This document shows positions 54,713-64,000 of a stretch of 64,000 bases of DNA, one piece after another. Source of the DNA: Oceanispirochaeta sp. (GTDB taxonomy: Bacteria; Spirochaetota; Spirochaetia; DSM-2461); NCBI GenBank assembly GCA_963666275.2, contig CAXXOA010000001.1, positions 1,504,001 to 1,568,000 on the forward strand. The letters are read 5' to 3'. Each line of letters opens with the position of its first letter. Position 1 is the first letter of the stretch. The notes beneath the pieces are model-generated. The model had not been told where the DNA came from, did not search any database, and saw nothing but the letters and a program-made list of their open reading frames with translations. Made by a program: the position numbers and the translations under genes.

Positions 54713-56125
54713 ATGCCCACTCTGGCCATAGTCTTTCTTATTTTCTTGAATCTCTTTTCTCTCTCCGCGCAGAACAGCGATAGGATAGAACTGGATCGGG
54801 ATATCCACTACGAACGAAATCCCCGTCCGGATATCCCGGTGCCGGACATCTTTCTGTCGTCAGCCTATCCGGACCTGGCCGACAGGGAGCAGAGGCTGAC
54901 TGCCGCCAGGATGGTTCCGGATGTCATAAGAGAATTTTCTGCCCAGGACCCAGCGGATGCTCCTGCTGTCCCGGTTCTGGCTCTTCCCCGGGTAACCTCC
55001 AGGGCTGCCGGAAAAAACAGCGGTCAGGGAGAACTGTCCGGTGCCTACAGAGACGGGTGGCAATTGTCAGGAGACTATCTCCTTGAAAATTCCTCCTCTT
55101 CTCTATTCTGGCTGGCCGCATCGGACTGGATGGAATCGGCCCGGCCCTACGGTTGGGCAGGATATGACTATTCCGGCCGTATACAGGCAAAGCTGACCGC
55201 CGGCGGCAACTGGCAGGAAGATCCCCTCTGGGCTCTCTCCGCTCAGGGAGAGATGGGTGAGACTTCTCTGGTACTGCAATACTGGCAGGATCCGGAGCAG
55301 ACTCTGTTTATGCCCCGTCTGGATACACGTCTCATGCTTGCAGGCAGAACATGGACTCCCTATGGGGGTATCCTCTCTGATGCTGTTTTCGGAGAGAGCC
55401 CGGAATACAGGGTACGCCCCTCGCTGGGAGTTCTGGGACGGGGGGACATCGGATCTGGCCTCTCCTGGAAAGGTGAGGCGGGGCTGGCTCTGGAATATGA
55501 GTCTTTTTCTCAAGCTTTCCATTACTACGGACAGGGGGCGCTGGCCCTTATGGCCGGAGAATCTCTCACTCTGAAAGCTTTTCTTGAAATTGAGGAGCCG
55601 GCTCCCTTCTCCCTGATGACACTGGGAATCTCAGCCGCTGCTCTCCCGCCGCTCTCCCCCCTGACCGGGCAGAACAGCGGCATTCTCCTGGCGTTCAATA
55701 CGTCCCGCTGGAGCGGATCTTTGAAAACTGGGTACAGATGGGGCTCCTTTTTAAGGTACCGTGACGAAACCTTCAGCATCGTTGATGACTCCATCCCCTA
55801 CGGAGAATTGGAATTGACAAAAAAAAGGGGCCGTCCTGTAAGTGATATATCTCTTTATGCCGAATATTTAAATAGGGAAGAGTGGCAGTACGGAGCGGAA
55901 AACAGATGGTATTTTGATGAGGGCCGCTGGAGTGCGGCTGTGAAGGCCGGGCACTTTCAGAGCAAACTGAACAGTATTTTCACTCCCGTTGCAGTTTCTC
56001 CTTTTCGAACAGGCGTTTCCGCTCTCTACAGACATGGTAACCTGTGGCAGGTTGAAGTGTTTACGGATTATCTTCCCGAAGATTCGGAAATCGATGGAGG
56101 CATCACTTTCAGAGTGACATTCTGA
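54713..56125 (+). CDS. Putative outer-membrane beta-barrel protein
   Basis: Signal peptide; many G/W/Y amphipathic strands; ends GITFRVTF. Confidence 0.6.
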   Translation: MPTLAIVFLIFLNLFSLSAQNSDRIELDRDIHYERNPRPDIPVPDIFLSSAYPDLADREQRLTAARMVPDVIREFSAQDPADAPAVPVLALPRVTSRAAGKNSGQGELSGAYRDGWQLSGDYLLENSSSSLFWLAASDWMESARPYGWAGYDYSGRIQAKLTAGGNWQEDPLWALSAQGEMGETSLVLQYWQDPEQTLFMPRLDTRLMLAGRTWTPYGGILSDAVFGESPEYRVRPSLGVLGRGDIGSGLSWKGEAGLALEYESFSQAFHYYGQGALALMAGESLTLKAFLEIEEPAPFSLMTLGISAAALPPLSPLTGQNSGILLAFNTSRWSGSLKTGYRWGSFLRYRDETFSIVDDSIPYGELELTKKRGRPVSDISLYAEYLNREEWQYGAENRWYFDEGRWSAAVKAGHFQSKLNSIFTPVAVSPFRTGVSALYRHGNLWQVEVFTDYLPEDSEIDGGITFRVTF

Positions 56126-56142
56126 GGGCAAATCCCTTAACT

Positions 56143-56904
56143 ATGAAAAAAGCAATATTTTTCTCACTCCTGATCCATGCTCTCATTATGCTCTCTCTAT
56201 GGATGTTCCTGCCGGAAGTTCAAGTAAGGGATAAATTTCTGCCTGTGGCAGTTTTTCTGATCCCCCCCCCGCCGGAGACTCCGGTAGCGGCCGCAGAGCC
56301 TGAAAAACCGGTTCCCCAGATACCGAAAATCCTTAGAACCTCACCTGAGGAGCCTGAGGTGAGACCGGAAATTCGGGCTGTTCCCCCCCCAAAGACCCTG
56401 CAGAATGTTCCTCAGAACGGTGATCCTTCTACGGGAGAAGATGTACCGATCAGCACAGATACAAAAGTTTCCGAACCTGTTATAGTAGAAGATGGAAAAC
56501 TGCCGGCGGTGGAGGAAATATCCGACCCGTCGGATCTCTATAATGATGAAAACTCCGGAAACTTTCCGGAAGATACCATAAATTCTCCCGGAATCGAAAA
56601 TGTTCTGGATATATCCTGGACCGACGGGAGGGAGAGAGCTTTGCTGAACGGAGAAGATCCTGTTCTGGCAATTTCAAGGAATATGCTACTGATGGATCAG
56701 GTCCATATAGAATTTTCTGTCCAACAGGACGGAACCGTATCTTCTGTTATTGTCCGGAATCCCGGCAGCGGAGATCTCAGAGTCGACAGGCAGCTTCGGG
56801 AATGGGCCCTTCTGCTGCGTTTTGATCCTGTCTCTGGGGACCGGACGGCAGATTCGGGAATTATTACGATCAATCTCATCGCCCGGGAGAGTCCGTCACG
56901 ATGA
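56143..56904 (+). CDS. TonB-like energy transducer
   Basis: TM with S-x3-H (SLLIHAL); Pro/Glu-rich linker; V.IEFSV..DG.V....V...G....D......LRF.P TonB_C pattern. Confidence 0.75.
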   Translation: MKKAIFFSLLIHALIMLSLWMFLPEVQVRDKFLPVAVFLIPPPPETPVAAAEPEKPVPQIPKILRTSPEEPEVRPEIRAVPPPKTLQNVPQNGDPSTGEDVPISTDTKVSEPVIVEDGKLPAVEEISDPSDLYNDENSGNFPEDTINSPGIENVLDISWTDGRERALLNGEDPVLAISRNMLLMDQVHIEFSVQQDGTVSSVIVRNPGSGDLRVDRQLREWALLLRFDPVSGDRTADSGIITINLIARESPSR

Positions 56905-59900
56905 GCCGGTTCTCCTATTTTCTTATACATTTTTTTCAGGTACTCTTTTTTGCCGTTCTTGTTGTTTTCTCCTACCTGGGATATCAGACGGTCCAGGATA
57001 AAATGGCGGTCCTGGCAGAGGATCTGAAATACGATGTGATAGAGTCTCTGGAAGAGACTCTGGGGTACCGGATCGGTTATGATCAGATTTCTCCCTCGGT
57101 GCTTACCTATTTTGAAATCCGGAATCTTCAGCTGGTTCATCCCGTAACGAAGGATGTGGTACTGAAAGTCCGGAGTTTGAAACTTTTCTATAATCCCTTC
57201 GCCCTGATTTTTCAGAATACCGATCGGGTTCTCATCTCTGGGATTTCACTCAATGGTCTGGATCTCTCAATCAATGCTGAGAGGGATAGAAGGCTGATCG
57301 ATCTGTTTACAGCTCAAGACAGGGAACAGGCTTCCGCGGAACCACTGGATATCAGCCGATATTTTGCGGGAAGGGTGAGGATCCGTTCGGTGGATCTGCA
57401 GTATGAAGACCCTTCCTACTCCTTCCAGTTTAACGGCAGGACCATTACCGTCAGGCAGCAGAAAGATTTTCTGAGGGTGATTATGGCCGGTGATGTGGAT
57501 TTTTCTCTGCCTGGTCTGTCCGGGCCTCTTGAAGAGGGATCATTCAGCTTTTCCATCAAAGGGAGTCTTTTTAATAACCTGACCGGTTTCAATCTTGACG
57601 GGGATTTCCGGGAGATCCGGTCCAATCTTCTGGAGATGGACAGGCAGAGGATGAATATCAGGTATTCCGCCGGGGAACTCAGACTGGCAAAGATCCGGGA
57701 CGATCAGCCCTATGATCTGAACCTTGTGCTCTCAGAGGAGCGTATTCAGGCGGATTTCTCGGCTGAACAGTTCTCATTCAATAATATTCTGACTCTCAGG
57801 GGGGGACTGGCTTTTGCTGATCCCTGGCTCAACACTGTCCTTTCAGGATCATCCCGGGTCGTCTATTTTCAGAAAACCGGAGATATCTCTTATGAGTACG
57901 ACGGGTCTGCCTATCTCCGGAATGAAACTCTTCCCTTTCCCGTTCATACGGATATAAGACTGAAAGGGAATGCTGAGATCCTTCAGGTTGAGAATCTGAC
58001 CGCATCAACCCCCAAAGGGCATTATACCTATTCCGGGGAATGGGTCCTCAAGGAGGACTTTCCCCGGGGGCAGCTGGACTTCTATCAGGTTCCCCTGACG
58101 CCGGGAGTGACAGCGGAAGGCCGCTTGTCTCTGAGTCTTGTGGATGATTACTTCTATATTCAGTCAGATTCCGTTTCTCTGGACAGCGGCTGGAAGTCAG
58201 GGCCCCTTCAGATCCTGTTGAACAGGGAAGGGGACACCTTTGTTTTTTCTCTGCGCTCCTCTCTGAACACAGAAAAGTCATCCCGGGATCAGATCTTTGT
58301 GAATGGAGAATTCCTCTACAGGGATCAGCCCGAGTTTTCCGCAGAGTTCAGAGTGGATAAACTCTCTTTCGATGTGGTGAAGCCTTTTTTTCCCGAATAT
58401 GCGGGAAATCTCGACCTGATGGATGAGGGTCTGTCACTGACAGTCAGAGGTTCGGCAAGGTATCAGGGGGAGCTTCTCAGCTCTTCGGTGGAACTCTTTC
58501 AGATTTCCGACAGAACAGAAGAGAGGAGTTTGAAATTCAGGGGATATTTTTCACCGGAAGAGATGGAAATCTTTGCTCTGGAAGCAAACTGGAACGGAAA
58601 CTATCTCCTGGGCAATATTACAGGAGTCATAGGGCAGGAGAACATTGATCTGCAGTCCAACTGGAACATCAATGACAATCTTTATCTTGTCAACGGAATT
58701 TATTCAGAAGGGAAATTTTCTCTGCTGGGTTCTTTCGGTCTGAAAGGTCAGTTTCTTAGAAACCCCGGATCGGGCTTTCTGGCAACCCTGGAATCAAAGG
58801 ATTTTCCCATCCGCTGGGATGGCAATGATCTCAGTGCATCCCTGAATATCCGGGGCCGTTACAGCGACAGGGAGTGGGAAGTCTATCTGAATGAAAGTTC
58901 CGTTGAGTGGAAAAACTCTCCCTTCCTGAGTGAGCCAGAGATGACCCTGACCGCCTACCTGGCCCCGGGGGTAGTGAATATCTTTTCATTGCAGTACAGG
59001 GACGGCTACTCCACACTGGGAGGCAGCGGCTCACTCTTCTACAATCTGGAACAGAATATTTTAAACGGATCGGTAAATCTCACAAGCCGGGACCGCAGTA
59101 TCACGGAAACCTATTCGCTTTACTGCGTATACAATGACGGCAGTATCTCCTCGTCTGTCACTCTGGATAATGCTCTGCTCGACCGACTGGAATCGTTGGG
59201 GATCACAGGGCGGATCGATGCGGAAATCACACTGGAAGGATCTCTTGAGGCACCGGAACTGGAAGGCACGCTCAGTACGGGCAACCTGACAATCAACGGC
59301 AGCTCCCTCAATACAAATCTGGCATTCAGGATGAATCCGGAAAAAATTGAACTCTATGATCTGAAACTTCAAAGAAATACTGTAACCCTTTCAAAGGGAC
59401 TGGGGTTTTTGAATTTTCAGGAGGGCACGGCAATGTTGACTGCCAGTGTTGAAAATGTGACCAACCCGGGCGAAGAGAATCAGACTTCGATTCAGTCGGG
59501 CATCACTTTTTCTATGGAACTGGAAGAACCCGTCGGTTTTAGGGAACTGGGAACACTGGGGCAGAGGGATTTTACAGGGAGAGTCCGGTTTCATCCTGTC
59601 CGCTGGAACGGGTTGACGACCTTTTCCTCCAAAACCGTGAATATAAGTAAGAAGGACAGTGTTTTTTCGGGGGATCTTATCGGGGATCCCGAGCAGAATT
59701 TTATGGTTGATCTGGAATCTAAAAAGATCAGCGCCAGAGTGAGCGATCCTTTTCCTGTCAGATTCCAGGTAGACGGATCTGTCCGGAGTGAAGATCTGGA
59801 TCTGAATATACAGGGCCTTGAACTGGATCTGAATCTGATTAACTACTTTATGCCGAAAGATAAAGCTCTTGACAGCAGGTATGCGGTTTTCAGAGAAAAC

Positions 59901-61268
59901 AGTTCCCTGGTGGGAAATCTCCATCTGGGAGGAACATCCAGGAATCCCTCTTTTTCAGGACATCTGGACAGCAGAAACCTCATGGTTCTGACTCCCTATA
60001 CGGTGGATGACATAGGAATGACCGATATAAGGGTCCATTTCCAGGAGCAGTCTATCAGAGTCGATCCCTTTACGATTCCGATCGGAGAGGGCGGTCTTTC
60101 CGGGTCGGGATTTATGAACCTCAGCGGATGGGGTATTAAAAATTATGAGCTTCTGGCTCAGGCGGGAGGCGTTCCCGGGACTCCGGTCAGTTATAACGGG
60201 TACGGAGTTCTGGTGGACGGGGCGTTTACAGGAAATATCCGGCTTTATGGAACGGATCAGCAGGGAGGCCTGGAGGGTCGGTTTGTTTTGAATGAAATGA
60301 TCGGCTCCATTGGGGCCAGGACGGAAATCAGAGAGAAAAGCGGAGGGGCTGTCCGTTATCCTTTTACTCTGGATCTTGAGTTCCTGACAGGGCGGAATGT
60401 TCAGTTTATTCTTCCCAACCCCCAGCTTGAAATCGTAAAAGCTACGGCAGAACCGGGAGAGTCCATTCAGCTTCAGCTGGACACAAGGAACGGATCGCTT
60501 GTAATGGATGGTGAAATCAGCATACGGAACGGAGAAATTAACTATTTTGACAGGACTTTCCGAATGACAGAAGGGTCTCTGACTTTTAATGAAACCGAAG
60601 AGGACTTCAACCCCTTCCTGAATCTGGAAGCGGAAATTGACACCACTGATATCAATGGAGATGATGTGACTGTTTTTCTGACTTACAGAAATCCTATCAG
60701 AGATGAATTTTCCCCTTCTTTCCGGACGGATCCGCCCCGTTCGGAAGATCAGATTATGGCTCTCTTCGGGCAGAGTCTGGTTCCCTATAATACAGACGAG
60801 GTGGATCTTTCCACTCTTGTCCTGGCAACAGGAGGGATGGTCAGCGATATGGGGCTGACCGATCCCTTTGAAAATGCTCTTGAGGAGACTCTGAATCTGG
60901 ATTCGGTCACTATTGAAACGGAAATACTGGAAAATGCCCTGATTGAGCAGTTATCCAGTTATGAGGGGTATTCAGGAACCGAATCCTCCTATAATCTGGG
61001 TCGATATCTGGATAATACAAGTATATATCTGGGGCAGTTTATCGGGGATTACCTGCTTTTTTCCGCAGGACTGCTTGTTGATTACAATGAACTGGATGGT
61101 ATAAACTCCTACTCAGGCGGCATGAGTCTCGTACCGGACCTGACTCTCGAGATGAGAACACCATTTTTTCTTGTTTCCTGGAACTATAATCAGGAAAATG
61201 CCCCGGATTTTAATACGGATTTTGTACCTCGAAATGCGATCAGCCTGGAATGGCGATATTCTTATTAA
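56901..61268 (+). CDS. tamB: Translocation and assembly module TamB (AsmA-like/DUF490)
   Basis: N-terminal TM, 1455 aa beta-rich body, G.I.YF.R.F...G.L.F.E....NP.L and F.TDPP.SE.QI..L C-terminal pattern; adjacent to bamA. Confidence 0.85.
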   Translation: MSRFSYFLIHFFQVLFFAVLVVFSYLGYQTVQDKMAVLAEDLKYDVIESLEETLGYRIGYDQISPSVLTYFEIRNLQLVHPVTKDVVLKVRSLKLFYNPFALIFQNTDRVLISGISLNGLDLSINAERDRRLIDLFTAQDREQASAEPLDISRYFAGRVRIRSVDLQYEDPSYSFQFNGRTITVRQQKDFLRVIMAGDVDFSLPGLSGPLEEGSFSFSIKGSLFNNLTGFNLDGDFREIRSNLLEMDRQRMNIRYSAGELRLAKIRDDQPYDLNLVLSEERIQADFSAEQFSFNNILTLRGGLAFADPWLNTVLSGSSRVVYFQKTGDISYEYDGSAYLRNETLPFPVHTDIRLKGNAEILQVENLTASTPKGHYTYSGEWVLKEDFPRGQLDFYQVPLTPGVTAEGRLSLSLVDDYFYIQSDSVSLDSGWKSGPLQILLNREGDTFVFSLRSSLNTEKSSRDQIFVNGEFLYRDQPEFSAEFRVDKLSFDVVKPFFPEYAGNLDLMDEGLSLTVRGSARYQGELLSSSVELFQISDRTEERSLKFRGYFSPEEMEIFALEANWNGNYLLGNITGVIGQENIDLQSNWNINDNLYLVNGIYSEGKFSLLGSFGLKGQFLRNPGSGFLATLESKDFPIRWDGNDLSASLNIRGRYSDREWEVYLNESSVEWKNSPFLSEPEMTLTAYLAPGVVNIFSLQYRDGYSTLGGSGSLFYNLEQNILNGSVNLTSRDRSITETYSLYCVYNDGSISSSVTLDNALLDRLESLGITGRIDAEITLEGSLEAPELEGTLSTGNLTINGSSLNTNLAFRMNPEKIELYDLKLQRNTVTLSKGLGFLNFQEGTAMLTASVENVTNPGEENQTSIQSGITFSMELEEPVGFRELGTLGQRDFTGRVRFHPVRWNGLTTFSSKTVNISKKDSVFSGDLIGDPEQNFMVDLESKKISARVSDPFPVRFQVDGSVRSEDLDLNIQGLELDLNLINYFMPKDKALDSRYAVFRENSSLVGNLHLGGTSRNPSFSGHLDSRNLMVLTPYTVDDIGMTDIRVHFQEQSIRVDPFTIPIGEGGLSGSGFMNLSGWGIKNYELLAQAGGVPGTPVSYNGYGVLVDGAFTGNIRLYGTDQQGGLEGRFVLNEMIGSIGARTEIREKSGGAVRYPFTLDLEFLTGRNVQFILPNPQLEIVKATAEPGESIQLQLDTRNGSLVMDGEISIRNGEINYFDRTFRMTEGSLTFNETEEDFNPFLNLEAEIDTTDINGDDVTVFLTYRNPIRDEFSPSFRTDPPRSEDQIMALFGQSLVPYNTDEVDLSTLVLATGGMVSDMGLTDPFENALEETLNLDSVTIETEILENALIEQLSSYEGYSGTESSYNLGRYLDNTSIYLGQFIGDYLLFSAGLLVDYNELDGINSYSGGMSLVPDLTLEMRTPFFLVSWNYNQENAPDFNTDFVPRNAISLEWRYSY

Positions 61269-61286
61269 CTGTGCGAAGGAGTTTTA

Positions 61287-63761
61287 ATGCTTAAATTTCG
61301 ATTGCCTCTGATCTTCGTGATCTTGACAATGATCTCACTGGGGCTCAGTGCCCAGGAGGATCCTGACTGGTATCAGAATAAACCAATCCTGGATATCAGG
61401 TTTTCCGGTTTGGATGCCATTTCAGAGACCGAACTCAAGGGGATTGTCAGGCCCTATGTATCGGAAAAGTTTACAGATGCACTTTCCTGGGAAATTCAGG
61501 GAAAACTCTATGCTCTCGAGTATTTTGATCTTATCCTTCCCCAGGCCCTTCCGGGGGATACAAATTATAATACTGTAATCCTAGAGTTCGAGGTTAAAGA
61601 GAAACCCGTAGTGGACAGCATCATTTTTACGGGGAACAACAGGATCAGAAAGGGTGAGCTTCTCGATACCATTCTTCTGACCAAGGGAGATCTGGTCAAT
61701 AAAACGTCCATCAGTCTGGATGCTCAGGCTGTCAAAGACCTCTATATAGAAAAGGGTTATATCGATGCCCGGGTAGAGAGTTCCATTGAAAAAGATGAAG
61801 AAAAAAACTCCGCCTCGGTTGTTTTTAATATCACCGAAGGGGATCAGACCACTATCAGTGAGATTCACTTTACCGGTAATGATAAATATGTGACCACTAA
61901 AACCCTGGAAGGGCTGATGGAAACCAAACCCCAGTCTCTGTTTCACAAGGGTGTTCTCATGGAGAATCAGCTTCAGGAGGATATCCGGGCCATTGAAAAC
62001 TACTACTATGACAGAGGGTTTATCGATGCGGAAGTTTCCGATGTGGTGCGGGAAGTCGTAAGGAATGAAGAGGAGAATATCAATAATCTCATCATTACCA
62101 TTGTGATCAGCGAAGGAGAATCCTACACCTTCGAAGGGATCACGTTCAAGGGAAACGAGCTCTACAGCGACGAAGAGCTCCTGGCTATGATCGGTCAGGA
62201 AAAAGGCGCCGTATTCAATAAGACAAGATTTCAGATCGATTACCAGAAGGTGACAGACCTCTATTTTGAGAACGGATATATCTACAACTCCTTCTCCTAT
62301 CAGGAGAACCGTGATGAAGAAGAGAAAACCGTTTCCTATTCTGTTGAGATAGTGGAAAGGGACCGGGCCCATATTGAGAACATTGTGATCCGGGGAAATG
62401 ATAAGACGAAAGATTATGTTATTTCCCGGGAACTGCCATTCGAGGTGGGAGACGTTTTCAGTAAAACCAAGGTTATGAACGGAATCAGGAACCTCTATAA
62501 CACCCAGTATTTTGATATGGTTGAACCGCAGACCTATCCGGGAAGCGAAGAGGGGCTGATGGATCTAGTCATTGACGTGGAAGAGGGGAAAACCGCCGAT
62601 ATTGTTTTCGGAATTACCTTTTCCGGCGGAAGTGAGTTCCCCATGGCCGGTACTATCCAGTGGAATGACAGAAACTTCCTGGGAAGGGGTACGACAGTGG
62701 GTGTGGAATCCACATTTTCCCCGGATACCCAGTCGGTGTCTCTGAAGTACTCGGAACCCCGTCTTTTCAATACACGCTGGGGCATCGGAACAGACCTGAC
62801 CTTTACCAGAGCCACAGGCAAAAGTGTGTATCAGGACATTGACGGTGACGGAGTTATCGATCCATACAGCAGTGACGATGATTTTGAAAACAATGATGAA
62901 ATTGTTCCCAGCGATTATCTGATGGAGTACGATTCCAACACAATCAGTGTCGGCGCCAATACCGGGTACACATGGCACACCGGTCTGGGGCGGTTCAGTA
63001 CCTACACAGGGTTGAGAACCGGATTTGAGACAATAGATTACGATGAAGATATCTACAGACCCTGGAGTGAAGAGATCCGGGACAATCTGGGAACCTGGCG
63101 ATACGAGGACAGCTGGTGGCTCAAGGGTGCCTGGGATACCAGGGACTATGTGGGGAATCCATCCAAAGGCTTTGTGTTCAGCGAAACCGTTACCCTGGCG
63201 GGAGTGACTCCCCAGTCAACCAAGAACTACCTGAAGAGCGTTACCAGAGGCCAGGTAAACTTCACCCTTTTTGATATCCCCACAGACGATTTCCGTTACA
63301 AAGGGGTCTTCTCTCTCAATTCGGCTTTTTCCTATCTCACTGAAAAACCCTGGGACAGCACCAGCATTGCCGATCCCCAGGAGGACGGTTTCTATGCGGA
63401 CGGTATGTTTATCGCCCGGGGATGGTACCCTGAACGGTACGGTCAGTCTCTCTGGGACAATACGGCGACCCTGAAGTTCCCTCTGATTACAAATATCCTG
63501 GCGTATGATATCTTTCTTGACGGTGTGGGACTCTGGAAATCCAAGGATCTTCTGGGTGCCATGGCTCTGCCTGATTTCAAGTTCAGTCTCGGTACGGGGA
63601 TCCGCTTTGATAATCCCCAGTTTCCTATCGGACTCTATCTGGTTAAAAAGTTCCAGTTTGAAGAGGGCGGCGGCATTAACTGGAATCCCGAACCGGACTA
63701 TGTGACTTTTGACAATGGAAATCTGAACCTTGTTATTTCGTTCGGAATTGATATTTATTGA
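61287..63761 (+). CDS. bamA: Outer-membrane protein assembly factor BamA
   Basis: Repeated POTRA motifs (I.F.GN, Y...G(Y/F)IDA, GNDKTKDYVISRE), NFLGRG, C-terminal barrel ending DIY. Confidence 0.95.
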   Translation: MLKFRLPLIFVILTMISLGLSAQEDPDWYQNKPILDIRFSGLDAISETELKGIVRPYVSEKFTDALSWEIQGKLYALEYFDLILPQALPGDTNYNTVILEFEVKEKPVVDSIIFTGNNRIRKGELLDTILLTKGDLVNKTSISLDAQAVKDLYIEKGYIDARVESSIEKDEEKNSASVVFNITEGDQTTISEIHFTGNDKYVTTKTLEGLMETKPQSLFHKGVLMENQLQEDIRAIENYYYDRGFIDAEVSDVVREVVRNEEENINNLIITIVISEGESYTFEGITFKGNELYSDEELLAMIGQEKGAVFNKTRFQIDYQKVTDLYFENGYIYNSFSYQENRDEEEKTVSYSVEIVERDRAHIENIVIRGNDKTKDYVISRELPFEVGDVFSKTKVMNGIRNLYNTQYFDMVEPQTYPGSEEGLMDLVIDVEEGKTADIVFGITFSGGSEFPMAGTIQWNDRNFLGRGTTVGVESTFSPDTQSVSLKYSEPRLFNTRWGIGTDLTFTRATGKSVYQDIDGDGVIDPYSSDDDFENNDEIVPSDYLMEYDSNTISVGANTGYTWHTGLGRFSTYTGLRTGFETIDYDEDIYRPWSEEIRDNLGTWRYEDSWWLKGAWDTRDYVGNPSKGFVFSETVTLAGVTPQSTKNYLKSVTRGQVNFTLFDIPTDDFRYKGVFSLNSAFSYLTEKPWDSTSIADPQEDGFYADGMFIARGWYPERYGQSLWDNTATLKFPLITNILAYDIFLDGVGLWKSKDLLGAMALPDFKFSLGTGIRFDNPQFPIGLYLVKKFQFEEGGGINWNPEPDYVTFDNGNLNLVISFGIDIY

Positions 63762-63821
63762 TACAGAGAACTGTATCTGCTTTAATAGCAGCACCAGTGG
63801 TGCTGGGAAGGAGTTTAAAAA

Positions 63822-64000
63822 ATGAAGAAGACAGTTTTACTGCTGATGATACTTTTAGGGAGTCTTGTCGTTCTCCCGGCGGAAAATATAACCAAGGTGG
63901 CTGTTCTGGACTATTCCAGAATCCTGTCCGCTTTTTATAAAGACTCTCAGGCTGTGAGGGAGCTGGAGGAGCTGAAACAGTCATTTCAGGAGGAGAGTCA
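63822..64000 (+). CDS. skp: Skp/OmpH periplasmic chaperone, N-terminal part (truncated by window edge)
   Basis: AAGGAG RBS; MKKTVLLLMILLGSLVVLPAENITKVAVLDYSRILSAFYKDSQAVRELEELK; follows bamA. Not in the supplied ORF track. Confidence 0.85.
   Translation, partial: MKKTVLLLMILLGSLVVLPAENITKVAVLDYSRILSAFYKDSQAVRELEELKQSFQEES

Noticed and set aside
54671..54808. N-terminal extension of Tmk
   Set aside because: Overlaps the divergent gene and its promoter; ATG 54670 has an RBS and matches normal Tmk length.
63758..63940. 60 aa ORF after bamA
   Set aside because: A different frame from ATG 63822 has an RBS and encodes a Skp/OmpH-like N-terminus running off the window.

Overview
A 64 kb chromosomal window, most likely from a free-living spirochaete (Spirochaetaceae-like). 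This is inferred from a TP0733-type outer-membrane protein, a pallilysin-related lipoprotein, and the smpB-lepB-hemW and tmk-tamB-bamA-skp gene orders. Most of the window is housekeeping: pgk-tpiA-secG, SurA-like-nusB-TPR-map-htrA, folD, purB-guaB-purA-guaA, arcA-argF, alr, yebC-ruvCAB-queA and tamB-bamA-skp, plus two identical tRNA-Gly(TCC) genes and tmRNA. An accessory stretch at about 30-47 kb holds signalling, redox, photolyase and outer-membrane genes. Most notable observations: (1) a 1.5 kb AT-rich island at the tmRNA 3' end with no integrase, carrying only an Xre-RES toxin-antitoxin pair; the tmRNA tail occurs three times (native plus two copies), with arm-like repeats and a structured 179 bp unit; (2) a PurA whose guanine-specificity motif TKLD reads SHLN, suggesting an altered NTP preference; (3) a sigma28-like promoter with a G9/C9 tract in its spacer; (4) about ten genes with apparent leaderless promoters; (5) a non-canonical aminoacyl-tRNA-protein transferase; (6) a beta-barrel gene plus a TonB-like gene placed in front of tamB-bamA-skp. 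No CRISPR array, rRNA, transposase or integrase was seen. All family calls come from motif recognition by eye, not database searches.
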